A DNA stretch of 64,000 nt from Tubiluchus corallicola. Its lineage: Eukaryota > Animalia > Priapulida. The DNA lies in contig JAQGDQ010000961.1 in the NCBI GenBank assembly GCA_030141605.1, positions 11,777-75,776 on the forward strand, read 5' to 3'. The notes beneath the pieces are model-generated. The model was not told the origin of the DNA and searched no databases. It worked only from the letters and a program-made list of their open reading frames with translations. The position numbers and the translations under genes are program-made. Below, one piece after another: positions 1 through 13,000 of this stretch; the first letter of the stretch is position 1; every line of letters starts with the position of its first letter.

Positions 1-156
1 GTTAGGATTAGGGTTGGGGTCAGGATTAGGTTTGGGTTAGGATTAGGGTTAGGGTTGGGGTCAGGATCAGGATTAGGGTTTGGGTTAGGATTAGGGTTTG
101 GGTTAGGATTAGGGTCGGGGAGAGGGTTAGGTTTGGGCTAAGATTAGGATTAGGGT
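1..156 (+). repeat. Degenerate interstitial TTAGGG-like repeat
   Basis: GGTTAG/GGATTAG/TTTGGG mixture; G-rich on + so wrong polarity for a left chromosome end. Confidence 0.8.
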
Positions 157-409
157 ATTTAAACTGTGTGGGGATTTGTAAACGCTCTCCGATAACTTGG
201 CCAGGTCGACTATGGTGGTCTCATTGTGTTCTTAGATGACTTAGGTTCAAGATCTTCTGCAACCGATAAGTCGGCCAGTTGTTGAGTGTTGGATGCTGGG
301 CAGCAGAGTGTCAAATGCATAAAAAACTGCACATTGTTTTAACAGAAAGCACCAAACTTCTGATTTATAGTCGAAATCAATAGACGGCAACAGCAAACAT
401 TTCTAAAAT

Positions 410-500
410 GGTGCTATCAAGTACCATCTTGAAAGTGGTGCTATCAAGAACCATCTTGAAAGCGGTGCTATCAAGTACCATCTTGAAAGCGGTGCTATCA
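410..500. repeat. 27-bp tandem repeat (~3.5x)
   Basis: GGTGCTATCAAGTACCATCTTGAAAGC. Confidence 0.9.
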
Positions 501-3276
501 GGGCCGAACTGTTAATGACTTAAAGAAAAGGAAAAGTCTTCTGGAAAGTTGGGCTTATTTCAACATTCGCAAAAAATGTTAGAAGGATTTAGTAACAAAA
601 CTACAATAAGCGCCTCGTGTAATTAGTAAAATCACATTAAAGTCTCAATCACTTCACGCTTGGGCGCTCCCATTTTCAATGCCCATTTTTCTTCCAATGA
701 CGTCATTCATCCGGAAGAAAAGTAACACACTATCAGGCGTCGTCAAAAGTGTAATGAGTTTTAACAAAAACACTTGGTAACATTTTTGCGTGAATATTAG
801 GCAAGCTGCAGAAGTATGAAGGCAGCAACCACCACAAAGCCTGAAAATTTATATTCAGAGGTGGTATATTTTAGATGGTCTATAGAAAGTTTTTTTTACA
901 AATTTCTTTGTTATATTCTACTACATTTGAGTGATAACAGTAAAATAAACCCAACATACTGAGTGACTTGTTCTATCCTTTAAGTAGTTATACTGAGCGA
1001 TAATGCTGTAGCTTCACTAAGAGTGCAAACGTGGGGAGTATTAATACAAAAGTACAACAAATTTCGTGCAATCACTGTAACTTAAACAAATACTGGACTA
1101 AGTTGTGCTGAAATAAGGGAACTAAAATAAATGTAGACCAAGTTTCATCTCCCTAACCATGCTGCTTCAACACCAAACTCCGAATGTATCAGTCAAGCCT
1201 CATAAACAATCATTAATAAGAAAACAAACAAACAAACAAACAAACAAACGTAAAACACATGCTCACTAATGCCATCATAATATTCAATATGCCTCTATTT
1301 ATAAGTATTAGGAGGCTAGATTACAGCAAGTGCAAATTACAGAGAAAATGAAGACTAGATGTTGCAGAAGTAATAATTCTTTCAACCAAAATAAATCTAA
1401 CTTTACCAAATGCAGTAAGGCAACAGTTTGTACATAAACCAGGCATATGTCAACAATTCTGATGAAATATTGGTTTATCGCAACAACGGATGAAAGCACC
1501 ACACTGTAACCTCCACATTGTCATTATTTTGGCTAGAAGAAACATTGCTTCTACAACAGTGAGACCAAACTAAGTATCAACAATATTAGAGGACTAGATA
1601 TTTCAACAAAAGTAAACTCTGGTGCAGCATAAGACAACGGCGATCAAATACACCGTTTTTGTAGAATCACAGAGATTCATCTTGTTTTCCACTTTGACTG
1701 GGAACTATAAAACGAGCTACAAGAATTTACAAATTTTAAACAATAACTTTTTCGAAAAGTAACACTAGAAAATTTAAGCATAATTTGCTAAATAGTGAAC
1801 TTTGCAGAATAGGCATTTGCCTGTGAAATACCAACCTCACATCATCGAGCAACAATTTGGAATAGAATGAAATTAAACCAACAAAAACTAAAATCTATCA
1901 GACATCTACATATAAAACAATACAGCTTTATATACATATAGTTACGTAAATGCATTTAACGTATTTTATCTTCGTAAAGATATCAAAAACATCTGAGCAG
2001 AGTAGATTTTTAGCTAACCAAATCTAGAATCGCTATCTAGCTACATGAGATGGCTATTTAATTCCTTCAGGATCGCACCATTCAAAATAGCTCTTATAAA
2101 ACCTATGACTTTTCTGCTACTGTATGAGTACAGACATAACTAAATAATTACAAATTAGGTACTGTTCTATTCAGGAGAATCTCGGCTATCCAATCATGCT
2201 ATTTGTTTAAACACTTATAAGTGATGTAATTGGATAACATTAAGAAAAACATGCCCTTTTCAGGCACTTCAACTTAGCTTATTGAGTAGCTTAGTCTGGT
2301 GTACACTTGTGTGATTGTACACACTATTTTATTGATCGCCTGTTTTCTACAGCCCAAGAGAACCCCCTGCTGTACAGAGTGCAAGGAAAAACCATCAGAT
2401 CAGCCAAGGACAAATTAAGGTAATTTCAACGTTTAACAGGAATTTCTCCTTAAAAATAGAGTAGTATCCAGAGTGTTGTGTTTGGATAATTGAAATTTTA
2501 TGCATTAGCGGATTTCACACAAGTGATACTGTACATTATTACAGTACAAACACTGCAGTTGTTGCAACCCTTTTTCAATTTGTCTAAGGTAAGCAGATGC
2601 CTGGCATATATAATTTTGAATGAAAATCCATTGTGCGAGAAATAGAAACTTACAAAAATTATCAAATGTAACATAACTGCTGGTTAGTGAGAGCAGTTTT
2701 TCATGAATGCAGAAAAACGCTTACGGTCCTGAAGGAGTTAACTTTGAGACATTAAAAATGACAGACGGTCACTGATGTTACTGCCTACTGCTTTTCAGCA
2801 GTGGCATTTTTGTTACGAAGCACTGGTGTCACTAATCACAGAATATACAATCAAAACAACAAAACATTCTAGCATAACAAAATACAGTAAACACTCACTC
2901 AACGATTGCATTTCTAATTTCACTCGTTGCAAGCAAAATATTATTTTACATTTTAGCTTACAACATTTTTGTATTAAAATGGCTCACTACATCACAGGAG
3001 AAACAAAGTAAACAAAATCAGATTAATTAAACCTCTTCCTCAGAGTTAACCTAACTGTGCAGAATTACTAAGATTTTGTGGTCCTTGCAAGTGCATACAA
3101 TATCTTAATCTTTCGACAAACACACTTCAGTGAACACTAACTAATATTTAAACACTAAACAGGTGATCAAATAAAAGCTCACAGACATGTTTTCAGATCA
3201 TATGTAGCAAAGACATTATTCCTTCTTGATCTAAAGACTAAGAAAGGAAGAAGGAAAGCGTTGTATGAACTATAAT

Positions 3277-3783
3277 GGCGAGTTCAGATTAGAGGGTTTT
3301 CTCTCAACAGTTTTCTCTGAGAGTTCTCAGTTCTATTCGTTGCGAGAACTCTCAGAAAGAACTCCCGAGAAAGCTCCCAGAAAGAACTCTTAGCGAGAAC
3401 TCCCAGAAAGAACTCTCAGACAGAACTCCCAGAAGGAACTCTCAGAGAAAACTCGCAGAAAGAACTCTCAGAGAAAACTCCCAGAAAGAACTCTCAGAGA
3501 GAACTCCCAGAAAGAACTCTCAGACAGAACTCCCAGAAAGAACTCTCAGAGAGAACTCGCAGAAAGAACTCTCAGAGAAAACTCCCAGAAAGAACTCTCA
3601 GAGAGAACTCCCAGAAAGAACTCTCAGACAGAACTCCCAGAAAGAACTCTCAGAGAGAACTCGCAGAAAGAACTCTCAGAGAGAACTCCCAGAAAGAACT
3701 CTCAGAGAGAACTCCCAGAAAGAACTCTCAGAGAGAACTCCCAGAAAGAAATCTCGAGAGAACACTCTCTAGCCTGAACACGT
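3277..3783. repeat. 26-bp minisatellite inside a PIF/Harbinger-like MITE just 3' of the MAT stop
   Basis: AGAACTCCCAGAAAGAACTCTCAGAG x ~16; ends GTTCAGATTAGAG / CTCTAGCCTGAAC. Confidence 0.85.
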
Positions 3784-3945
3784 AAACTATTATCAGTTTG
3801 TACAACTCAGTCCTGGAGTTAGAGATTAATCAAATTAACCTACACAAAAAATTCATAAGCTGGATGCAATTGCAAAAGTGATAAGCTAAACATACTGTAG
3901 TTTAAAGCTCAAACACTGCTAAGAAAAAACAGAAAATGCTCTTCA

Positions 3946-4048
3946 TCAAAAAACAAGAGGTTTGGGATTTTCCCATGGAAATTCCGCTCGTCCGAAATGC
4001 CCATAACAGCTGGTCTTTTGATAAATTGGTCGCCGCAAATCCAATTCA
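3946..4048 (-). CDS. MAT: MAT exon 9 ([33 protein letters not shown])
   Basis: manual translation; TGA at 3948-3946. Confidence 0.96.
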
Positions 4049-7000
4049 CTGTAAAAATGAAATCAGTAAATTTCGTGTACTCTACATTCAAATGTGATCT
4101 ACAAGCTACTTTTTAAAAGTAGATAATAGTTTACCATTCAAGTGTAGCAGTAATAACTTTGCTGAAATAATGAATACATTAATACAGCTTACAGAAAACA
4201 GCTTTCAAATAACTTCCCGGGTGTTTTAGTAAAATGATAGTAAAAGAGAAAATTCAAGATCGCCTACCAAATAAAAAGCCTGCAAAGAAGTGCTAAATAA
4301 TTCAGAATGCAAGAAAAATACTTAAAAATGCATCGATGTAATCAAATTACCTGGCCTTAATAATTAACGTAACGGGGCGGCCAACAAAGTGAAGGAAGAA
4401 AACACTGAAAAACTGCAAGTCAACTAAGATTTTAATCCACACCTAGCAATAACAGTGCACACTCACTGTACCAGCTCAGCTATGAACCCAAACAGTAGAG
4501 CTGGTTTCAAATCTCATCCTAGTATCTAGCATGGAAGTAGTTAGAGCATCTACTAACAGTAGTGTGAAACTAACTAATCAACGTAATCAAATTAGCGGGT
4601 CCCTATGATAGCTTTTTAAGTACTGAACAGTGATGAGGTAGATATAATAATCTTAATGGCTTATGGCTAAGTTTGTACTAGCTCACGCATTATTGTTGTT
4701 AATAGTTTACAGTGTTGCCTATAACAACAGCATATTAACTGAAAAAATAACCTCTCCACAACTGACAGTACCGTTAAAAGCAATACATTCTTCATCTTCA
4801 TAAATGCGCATCCAACGAATTGGAGACATGTGATCTGTGCTTTTCAATGCATGCTAAGCAGTGGCGGCTCCTAGCTAAAATTAGTGGAGGTGCTGCTTCA
4901 GAAAATTTTTGGCCATTGTTTTAATACTGTGTAAAACGAAACAAGCATGTGTAGTTTTAATGTTGTAATTGTAATTTTAAACAAACAAGCAAACATATGA
5001 AAGTTTAAACACAAAATTGATAAAATCCTAAACAAAAAATATTTTTTGACTACTAATACCCTAAATTGTCGCAGTTCAAGCTCGATTCATTCACGGTAAG
5101 CACGTGACAAGTGACAACAAACTGTGTGAGCGACAGTACTTTCTCTACCTGAGCTCAGACGTGCACATGGCAGCATGCGCACAACAGCCAAAGACACCAC
5201 TGTGATGGTCTGTGAAGCAAACAGTGCTACCCTCACGTGCTTTGGTTCCATACAAGTATAAAGAAACAACTAAAAAAAGTCTTATCATACTGAATATTAT
5301 CGATAATTATTGAGCGAAAAAACGGGGTGCTGCAGTTCCACAGTATCTATACACAAGCTGCCACTGATGCTAACATAGTCACACTTCGACAGCCCACAGT
5401 TGGTGCACAGATCAACAATAGCGTGTAGGCTAAGCACACCCACTGCGGCAGGCGGCTTGCTAAAGATTCAATGCCCGATAAGTGCATCACATGAAATACA
5501 CTAACTTTCCACGTGTTACCAAACTACACAGAACTATATGGTACATGATTTTATACAGAAATAATGCGCTAAGAACAATGGACTTACTTTACTATAACAC
5601 CGGGGCGAAGATCAAAGTTGGCATTCACTATTTGAATCAAATCTTCCTCCTTCAAATCTGATGTGCCATACGCAAAAATGCTGAGAGAAACAGGCTTTGC
5701 TATGCCAATAGCATATGAAATCTGAAAATTTTAAATAGTTTATCACTTACATAAGTAATGATATGCAGGCACTGACAGTTTTTAATATTGGAACCCGATC
5801 AGCGATCCTTGAACCACTGGAATGGCCTCAACCAGAAGGGCGCATGCCTGGGCAAGGTGTACGGAGATCCTGAGTTGCCCAGACAACAGGAACCCCCTCT
5901 CTTCTTCCCTGGTGTAGTCCAAAGGAAAGCGGAGCGATACGTTTGGCACCAGGTTCGCTGCAGGAGCTGCCGGAGTCAGTGAGCATGCTGCACTGGTCCG
6001 CCTTCGGGGCTCCACTCCTGATTTGGAAGGCTTACTCCTCTACACGTGGCCGTTGCGTCACTTGACCTCCTCCGCCCTCTAGCCGTTGACCGCTTGTGCA
6101 GCTCCTCCGCCTAATGTCGAGATACAGTGTTGGCATCCCGCAAGCCTACAGCACCTGGTATTCCTAGGCAGTCACCCATCCAAGCACTAACCAGCCTCTA
6201 CGTTGCTTAACTTCGGTGATCAGACGAGAACTGGTGTTTTCAATGTGATTTGGCCGTAGCAAAGCTTGTAGTGATGGGTAATTAATCAGTTAATCAAAGT
6301 AATCGCAATTACAACCGTATATAAACCGATGTAACCAATGATTTGACAGTACACTGATATCTTGGTTTGCCGGACCTAGCTTTTACGGATATCGAACAAA
6401 TCGGACAAAATGTGGAATGCTAAAAGTACCGCATACTATGGACACAGTCCGTTGTTTCGCAAGCTGACCGCTAGTTGGCGGGCTATCACTTTGTTTATAT
6501 CATTATATCAGTGCAACTAAGCAGCGTGTAACGACACGTGTGCAGCTTGTATGTCAGAAGTGGTCAGTACTAGACGTTTTAGAGACAATTAAATGATTGA
6601 TTCTACGTTACCGTGAACCTAATACACCCTGCCTACTGCATTAGTTTAGTATTGGTAAATACGGACAATCGGCAAATTCGGACCAACATTTCCCAGTTTT
6701 AGTCTGGCAAACAGAAATATGAGTGTATTTCAATTAACAAGGTTAATAGAGAGCAAAATATACATGTTGCATACGCACTAAAAGGTGGTGTTTTAGCAAA
6801 ATATACATGTTGCATACGGACTAAAAGGCAATATACATGTTGCATACAGACTAAAGGGTGGTGTTTTAGCAAAATATACATGTTGCATACGGACTAAAAG
6901 GCAATATACGTGTTGCATGCAGATTAAAAAGCTGTGTTTTAGCACAAATAAACAAGATTTTTGCATTTTTTCTTTATTTTTCTCACCTTGCATACTTTGC

Positions 7001-10000
7001 ACATTTGTGAACCACAGGGTTGCAAATTTAGGGCTTCAAATTTGTTGACACAAGACAGTAGTTGACGAAAAAGTGGCACGCTCTATAAACATAGTTTGCG
7101 AGTAGGAAAATGATAGACAACATTTTGTCTATGCATCACAACAATGAAAACCATGAAGAATTTTATAGGTAATGATTCACTGCAATCATTGAAAATATAA
7201 TATCACTAAAATGACGTGACTAAAACACTAAAAACTGTCACAAAAGATTAACAGTGATATTGAATTACAAGAACAAGGTTAAAATTGAATTACAAAACTT
7301 CAAAACATCACTATAAGCTTGTAAGATCTAAGCTGTTCATTTTACTCATGTACGTCAAATGTAGTCTCTAGTCACAACGGGAGTCACTTGGCATAAAAAT
7401 TTACAATCTTGTTGTTTTCATTAAAATACACTTAATGTTTCATATGAAATAAAGTGTAGGCCCATTTACATTCACACATTCCAATGTTAGAAAACTATAG
7501 AGTGATGCCGTCAAAAACACATCATACAAGGAATCTCACCAAAGCAGTTGACATTCACCAAAAACCTTTTCCGGCTTCAGGTTGAGAAAACTTTTATTTT
7601 GTACTGTGTCAGCAATGGTTCTGACCACAGTAGAGCTGCATAACCTCAAGTATGCATACCCACCCACACAGAAGAATGAAGTTAAAATATAAAACTATTT
7701 TTAATAGAATAGTGTAGTTTCAAAAAAAAACAAGTGGTACTTTCTCTTCTACATCTTCAACATATTACAGTGCTGAAACACAGACAAAAAATTGTTTTTT
7801 AAATTAAAAAGTTATTCAAGTTTTTAAATTCAACTAATACAACTCAACCACCAGCATAACGGATAATGGATGCTCAGCAATTTACAAACCTGTACTAGAC
7901 AGCGTCGGAGCAGCCCAGCTTTCACAAGAGACTTGGCCACCCATCGAGCAGCATACGCCCCAGACCGATCAACTTTTGTGAAATCTTTTCCAGAGAAGGC
8001 TCCACCTCCGTGTGCACCCCAACCTCCATACGTGTCCACAATGATTTTTCGGCCGGTTAGACCAGCATCACCCTAAATTTAATCCGTGTGTTAAAGACAC
8101 ATGCCAGTAACTACCAATATGCAAGTATTTTTACTACCTATTTTTATGCAGTCATTAATAATGAAATCTTGATACTTGTACAAAATTTCTTGGTACCTTA
8201 AGTCTGAAGTAGGACTGTCATGTTTACACGTGTAGACAAAAGCGATTAGTTTATAACCTTCTGAAGATACTCAAATGATACCTTTAACAAGACTTTTTTT
8301 ATCAAAAAATTCCGAGTTTTATAAAACTTTAAACTGCTTCCTGTTTTTATATTGCATTAATAACTCCGTTAGATTTTTAATGGTACGATTTTGTAGTCCT
8401 TCACAGTAGGACTGTCACGTTTATGAAGTTTGTTAAACATTTACACGATGCTTACTAAACGAAATGATTCTGTTTACACGATGTTCAGTTATTAAATATA
8501 TGGGTGGGGAGGTGAAGATATAAAGTACTCTCTGATTGTGTGAATCGTTATCTGTCACAATTAAAGTGATTTGAAAATGATGATTACATGTACATTTATC
8601 TGTATGATCTAGCTTGAAAAGCAGGTTTGCTGATCTTTGTAAACGATAAACGGATTTCCTTTCTAGTGAATTTAACTATTTCTGTGCTTCTTAAGCATTA
8701 ATTAATGGCAATATTACTGCAAAGTACGTACCATAGGTCCACCAATAATGAATCTTCCAGTCGGATTCAAATGATAAATGGTATTATCATCTAAATAACT
8801 CTTGGGAATAACCTCTCGAATAACCTTGTTCATTAAATCTTTGCGAATCTGCTGATTGGACACATCTTCGTCGTGCTGCACCGAAATGACAATCGTGTGC
8901 ACCCGCAGCGGAATACAGGCGCCATGGTGGAATGCATATTCGCAAGTGACCTAAATTTATTGAAAGAAAATGATGAACCCAGCAAATGAAAATTTGAATG
9001 CATACTTTAGAAACTGAATACAAACCTGTGAAACAGCTATAAAATCTGTTAAAGTTTCCTAACTTAATATCTAGTTTCCATGGTAAAAAGCTCAATTATA
9101 GAAAAATTTTAGTCACAACAAAAATTATAAGTAGAGCCCAGAAATGCGCCATTTCAGCAGATATCCAGCCGGTTAGCCGATAAGAAACTCAGCATTAGTC
9201 GAGCCAGCCACTCAGTGATGGGAGTAGAGCTAGCAGACATTTTTGCCAGCTGAGAAAGTTTTTGCTCTTCCGATAATCAAATGACACTCCAATTCGCTGG
9301 TTGAAATATGGTAAATGCATAGCAGATAGTTTTTTAAACTATGTAAATTATTTTATTAAAGTGTTTGATAACTACGTAAATTATTTTATTAAAGTGTTTG
9401 ACAGTTTTGTAACTAAGCAAATTATTTTATTAAAGTGTTTGACAGTTTTGTAACTAAGCAAATTATTTTATTAAAGTGTTTGACATAGTTTTTAACTATG
9501 TAAATTATTTTATTAAAGTGTTTGACACAGTTTTTTAACTATGTAAATTATTTTATTAAAGTGTTTGACATAGTTTTTAACTATGTAATTTTTTTTATTA
9601 AAGTGTTTGACATAGTTTTTTAACTATGTAAAATATTTTATTGAAGTGTGTGACATAGTATTTTAACTATGTAAATTAGTTTATTAAAGTGTTTGACATA
9701 GTTTTTTAACTATGTAAATTATTTTATTAAAGTCTATCACAATATATTATATCGAATATCATTCTCAAGTGTCTAACAGCAAGCACTCCAGCAAAGAAAT
9801 CGAAATAATGGGAAAGATGTTCGTAAAATAGTCTGTTTCACCGCTTAAGCAATCTGTATTTTATTAATTTATGCAGTCAAACCTCTTCAAACAGCCTAGT
9901 TTGGGACTGTGAAAAAGTTTGCGTTGCATAGCAAGTTTGGCATTATAACCAGATGCATTAATACATACATGTCTATGCAAATATAGACATTTTGTGTTAC

Positions 10001-13000
10001 TAAAAATTTGGGCATTCAGCGAGGTTGGAGTCATAATGAGGTTTGACTGTAGTGGTTAAAGTACAGTGGTGCTAGCACATCTATAAAATTATGAACGCTT
10101 CAACGTTCATGCAACAACAACAACAACAACAACATCACAAATTCTGTGACGTCAAGACACCTCTAGTACAATGTGATAACTAACAATGAAAATGCATTAG
10201 ATACATTGTCTTTACCTGGGTTTTGCTATCTGGCCGCGCCCACGGGAGTTCACCGTTTCTACGGCCCTGAGCAATCTTCATGTTTAGCCTATGAGCTAGC
10301 GTAATGGTAAGCGGCATACACTCTGGCGTCTCATCGGTAGCATAACCGAACATGATTCCCTGTGAACAGTGAACAAACTGCATTATATTCAGAACATTTT
10401 TAGCAGTTAAATAATAATGACTGCAACAACAATCACTATACTGCTGATACAAAGATTTCTTAATCACACACTTGGATAACAACTTGTTTAATTTTCATAC
10501 ACAAGAGTTTCAGGTTACAGACCCATTGCTTTTGCATCATTTAGATTTTCTTACTATTAAGCTGGCACTATTTGAAAGGTGTATTTTTATTAACATTAAA
10601 ATTTTTTTTGGGATTTTATGTTCACACATTTTCAGGAATTTAAATAAGTCAAGAATGAACTACTCGTTGAAAGGCAAATATTTCTGGGAGGTGAATTTTA
10701 TAGGAAATGAGTTTTTTTGTAAATCCCTCTGTGGTATGCTGCCCTAATCACACTATAATAGCAATAGTACAGAACACTAGGAAAACATCATATTTAATAT
10801 TTAAAACCAAATTAGACTGTTATACAGCAGGTGCCGCTTAATACACTCACAGTTAATAGACTCAATCGCTTAATTGACTCAAAAACACCTGGAACAGGCC
10901 GCTTCTATTCAAATATACATAGAAACTATTGGTAATTGACTCAAATAACGCCGCATAATTGACTCAATATTTTTCTTTCACCTATTAAAAATAAGAGATT
11001 TGTATGTACCCACAGAGCCTTTCCTACTTTTATGTCATCTTTACTTCCTTTCTGTGCACTATGTATGTAGGAACAATCATGTTAAATACCGTTTTGTATG
11101 CAAGCAGGTACGTTTATTATGCGCTAATACGCTAGCGTAGTGATTATGCTTTAAATCTGTTACCCGCTTGCCCACTGTTACCCAAAGAATTTTTGGAAAC
11201 TAAACATTTAATAACTTGTCTAGTGGTTTCCTTTTGATGCTCTAGTTGCAAATCACACTTTCAGGCTTAATGAGTTAATAGTCAAAGATGCAGGTACGGT
11301 AATCAGTTGGTATTCCTTGTGACTTACATAAACATCGTACAGCAAATAAGAGCAATGTAAGTGAACAGACGATTCAGAATTGTTTTAGTCACGCACAACA
11401 ACAGATTTTCAACGTTTTTATAATTACGAGAACTTTGTGGGCCAACTTCTTCGCGAGAAAATGAAGCAGCCGACTTTGAAGGAATTTTTGTAATTTTTGC
11501 AAATAAACAGACTTAGAAAAGTACACTTTTTAATTTACTGCTAGTTCACTTATATAAATTAATATTTTAAAATAGTTTTTGTAATTTTTAACTGCATAAA
11601 GGAATTTAGGCATTACTTCGTTTCTAAAATTGATTAAAAGCCTTTGCAGTGCAATGTAAGCTGATGACTCATACTTCTATACCTGTAATATTACACCCAT
11701 CGGTTAATAGGTTCAGTCGGTTAATTGGGTCAAAACACGTCGGTCCCAAAGTGAGTCTATTAAGCGGCACCTACTGTAGTTGCTTACAATTTAATCACAG
11801 TCTACTCACAAATCACAGAGACATACAACATGTAACATATATGTTCCTTGACTAGACGTGATGTTTTCTAAAGAAATAACTTCTTTTTCATATTCTTTAC
11901 ATTACCAGCTCATATAAGTCTTAAAAAACATGTTTGACATTTGTTAATACATTAACTCATCTTAAGCATAATTATGTGTAAGCGATCAAAACAAGTATAA
12001 ACTAAATACTGGCTAACACTTTGAATTTGGATGACAATTACAGCATAACGAAGAGTATTCAGATGTGATACACAAACAAAACTGCTAAGTGGCTTGTATA
12101 ACCATTTAGCAGAGCTGTATCACGTGTTTAGTACCATTAACTTTGATTGTAACAGCAAAATATGAAACACTTAATAATTATCAATTGATCTGTTTGGGAA
12201 AGCTTTAGCACAGGGATGTTCAAATTGCGGCCCGTGGACCACTTGCGGCCTGCCGAGATAATTTGTGCGAAGAGATTTGTCAACCTAATGAAAGTGCGGC
12301 CCGGGCGATTAATTGAGTGTATCCAGCTGAAGTCCGTGCCACGATCCCAAAGATAGTGTGGGTAGTTTTTTCTATTAGATCGGATGCCATTAACCTTTAC
12401 AAGACGGTTGTAGCTTAATGTCACTGTACTACACAGACTGTGTGATGCACATTACTAATATGCATTTTAATGAAATGACCACTATCTGTCCTGAAAGTAG
12501 AAATATATGGTTTGTAATATAAATTTTAATAACTTCTAAAATAGTTTCTTGAGTGTAGTAGTAATGATGTACACAGGTCGGATGCAAAAAAATCGTTATT
12601 AGGCCTTTCTGTACTTGGCTCCTTGATCAAACTGCCTGTGGCCCGCAGGAATTGCGGGAAAGTTTAATGTGGCCCGGCTAGTCAGACAATTTGCACACAC
12701 CTGCTTTAGCACTAAGAAATAATCAGTCAATGTTAAAGGACAAGAAAGGGGGTACCTGAAGTAGGTTTCAGAAATATCGCCTTAAAAAATTTTATGCGTA
12801 TATCGTACTCGCGTTGAAATGAATTTTAGTTTGTTTTCATTTTAAATCTCCCGCAATACTGTTCCGATGTCGCCATTACATTACGTCATGTACCAAACGT
12901 AAATCAAGGGAAGAAAAGGCAATGTTAAATTATGTCTCAAAAGACTTTCCGTGCAAATCTATATTACTTAGATTTTCGGTTACCTGCTAGAAAGACTTAT

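Noticed and set aside
1-156. Telomere
   Set aside because: Degenerate, short, and G-rich on the + strand at the left edge (wrong polarity); looks like a TE-associated interstitial repeat.
1338-1346. Perfect METTL16 nonamer TACAGAGAA (also TACAGAAAA at 4190)
   Set aside because: Both are on the + strand, antisense to MAT, so not in the mRNA.
6142-6260. Functional 5S rRNA genes (here and at 32578)
   Set aside because: Solitary, diverged from each other, no Pol III terminator, and fused to a shared body typical of a retroelement.
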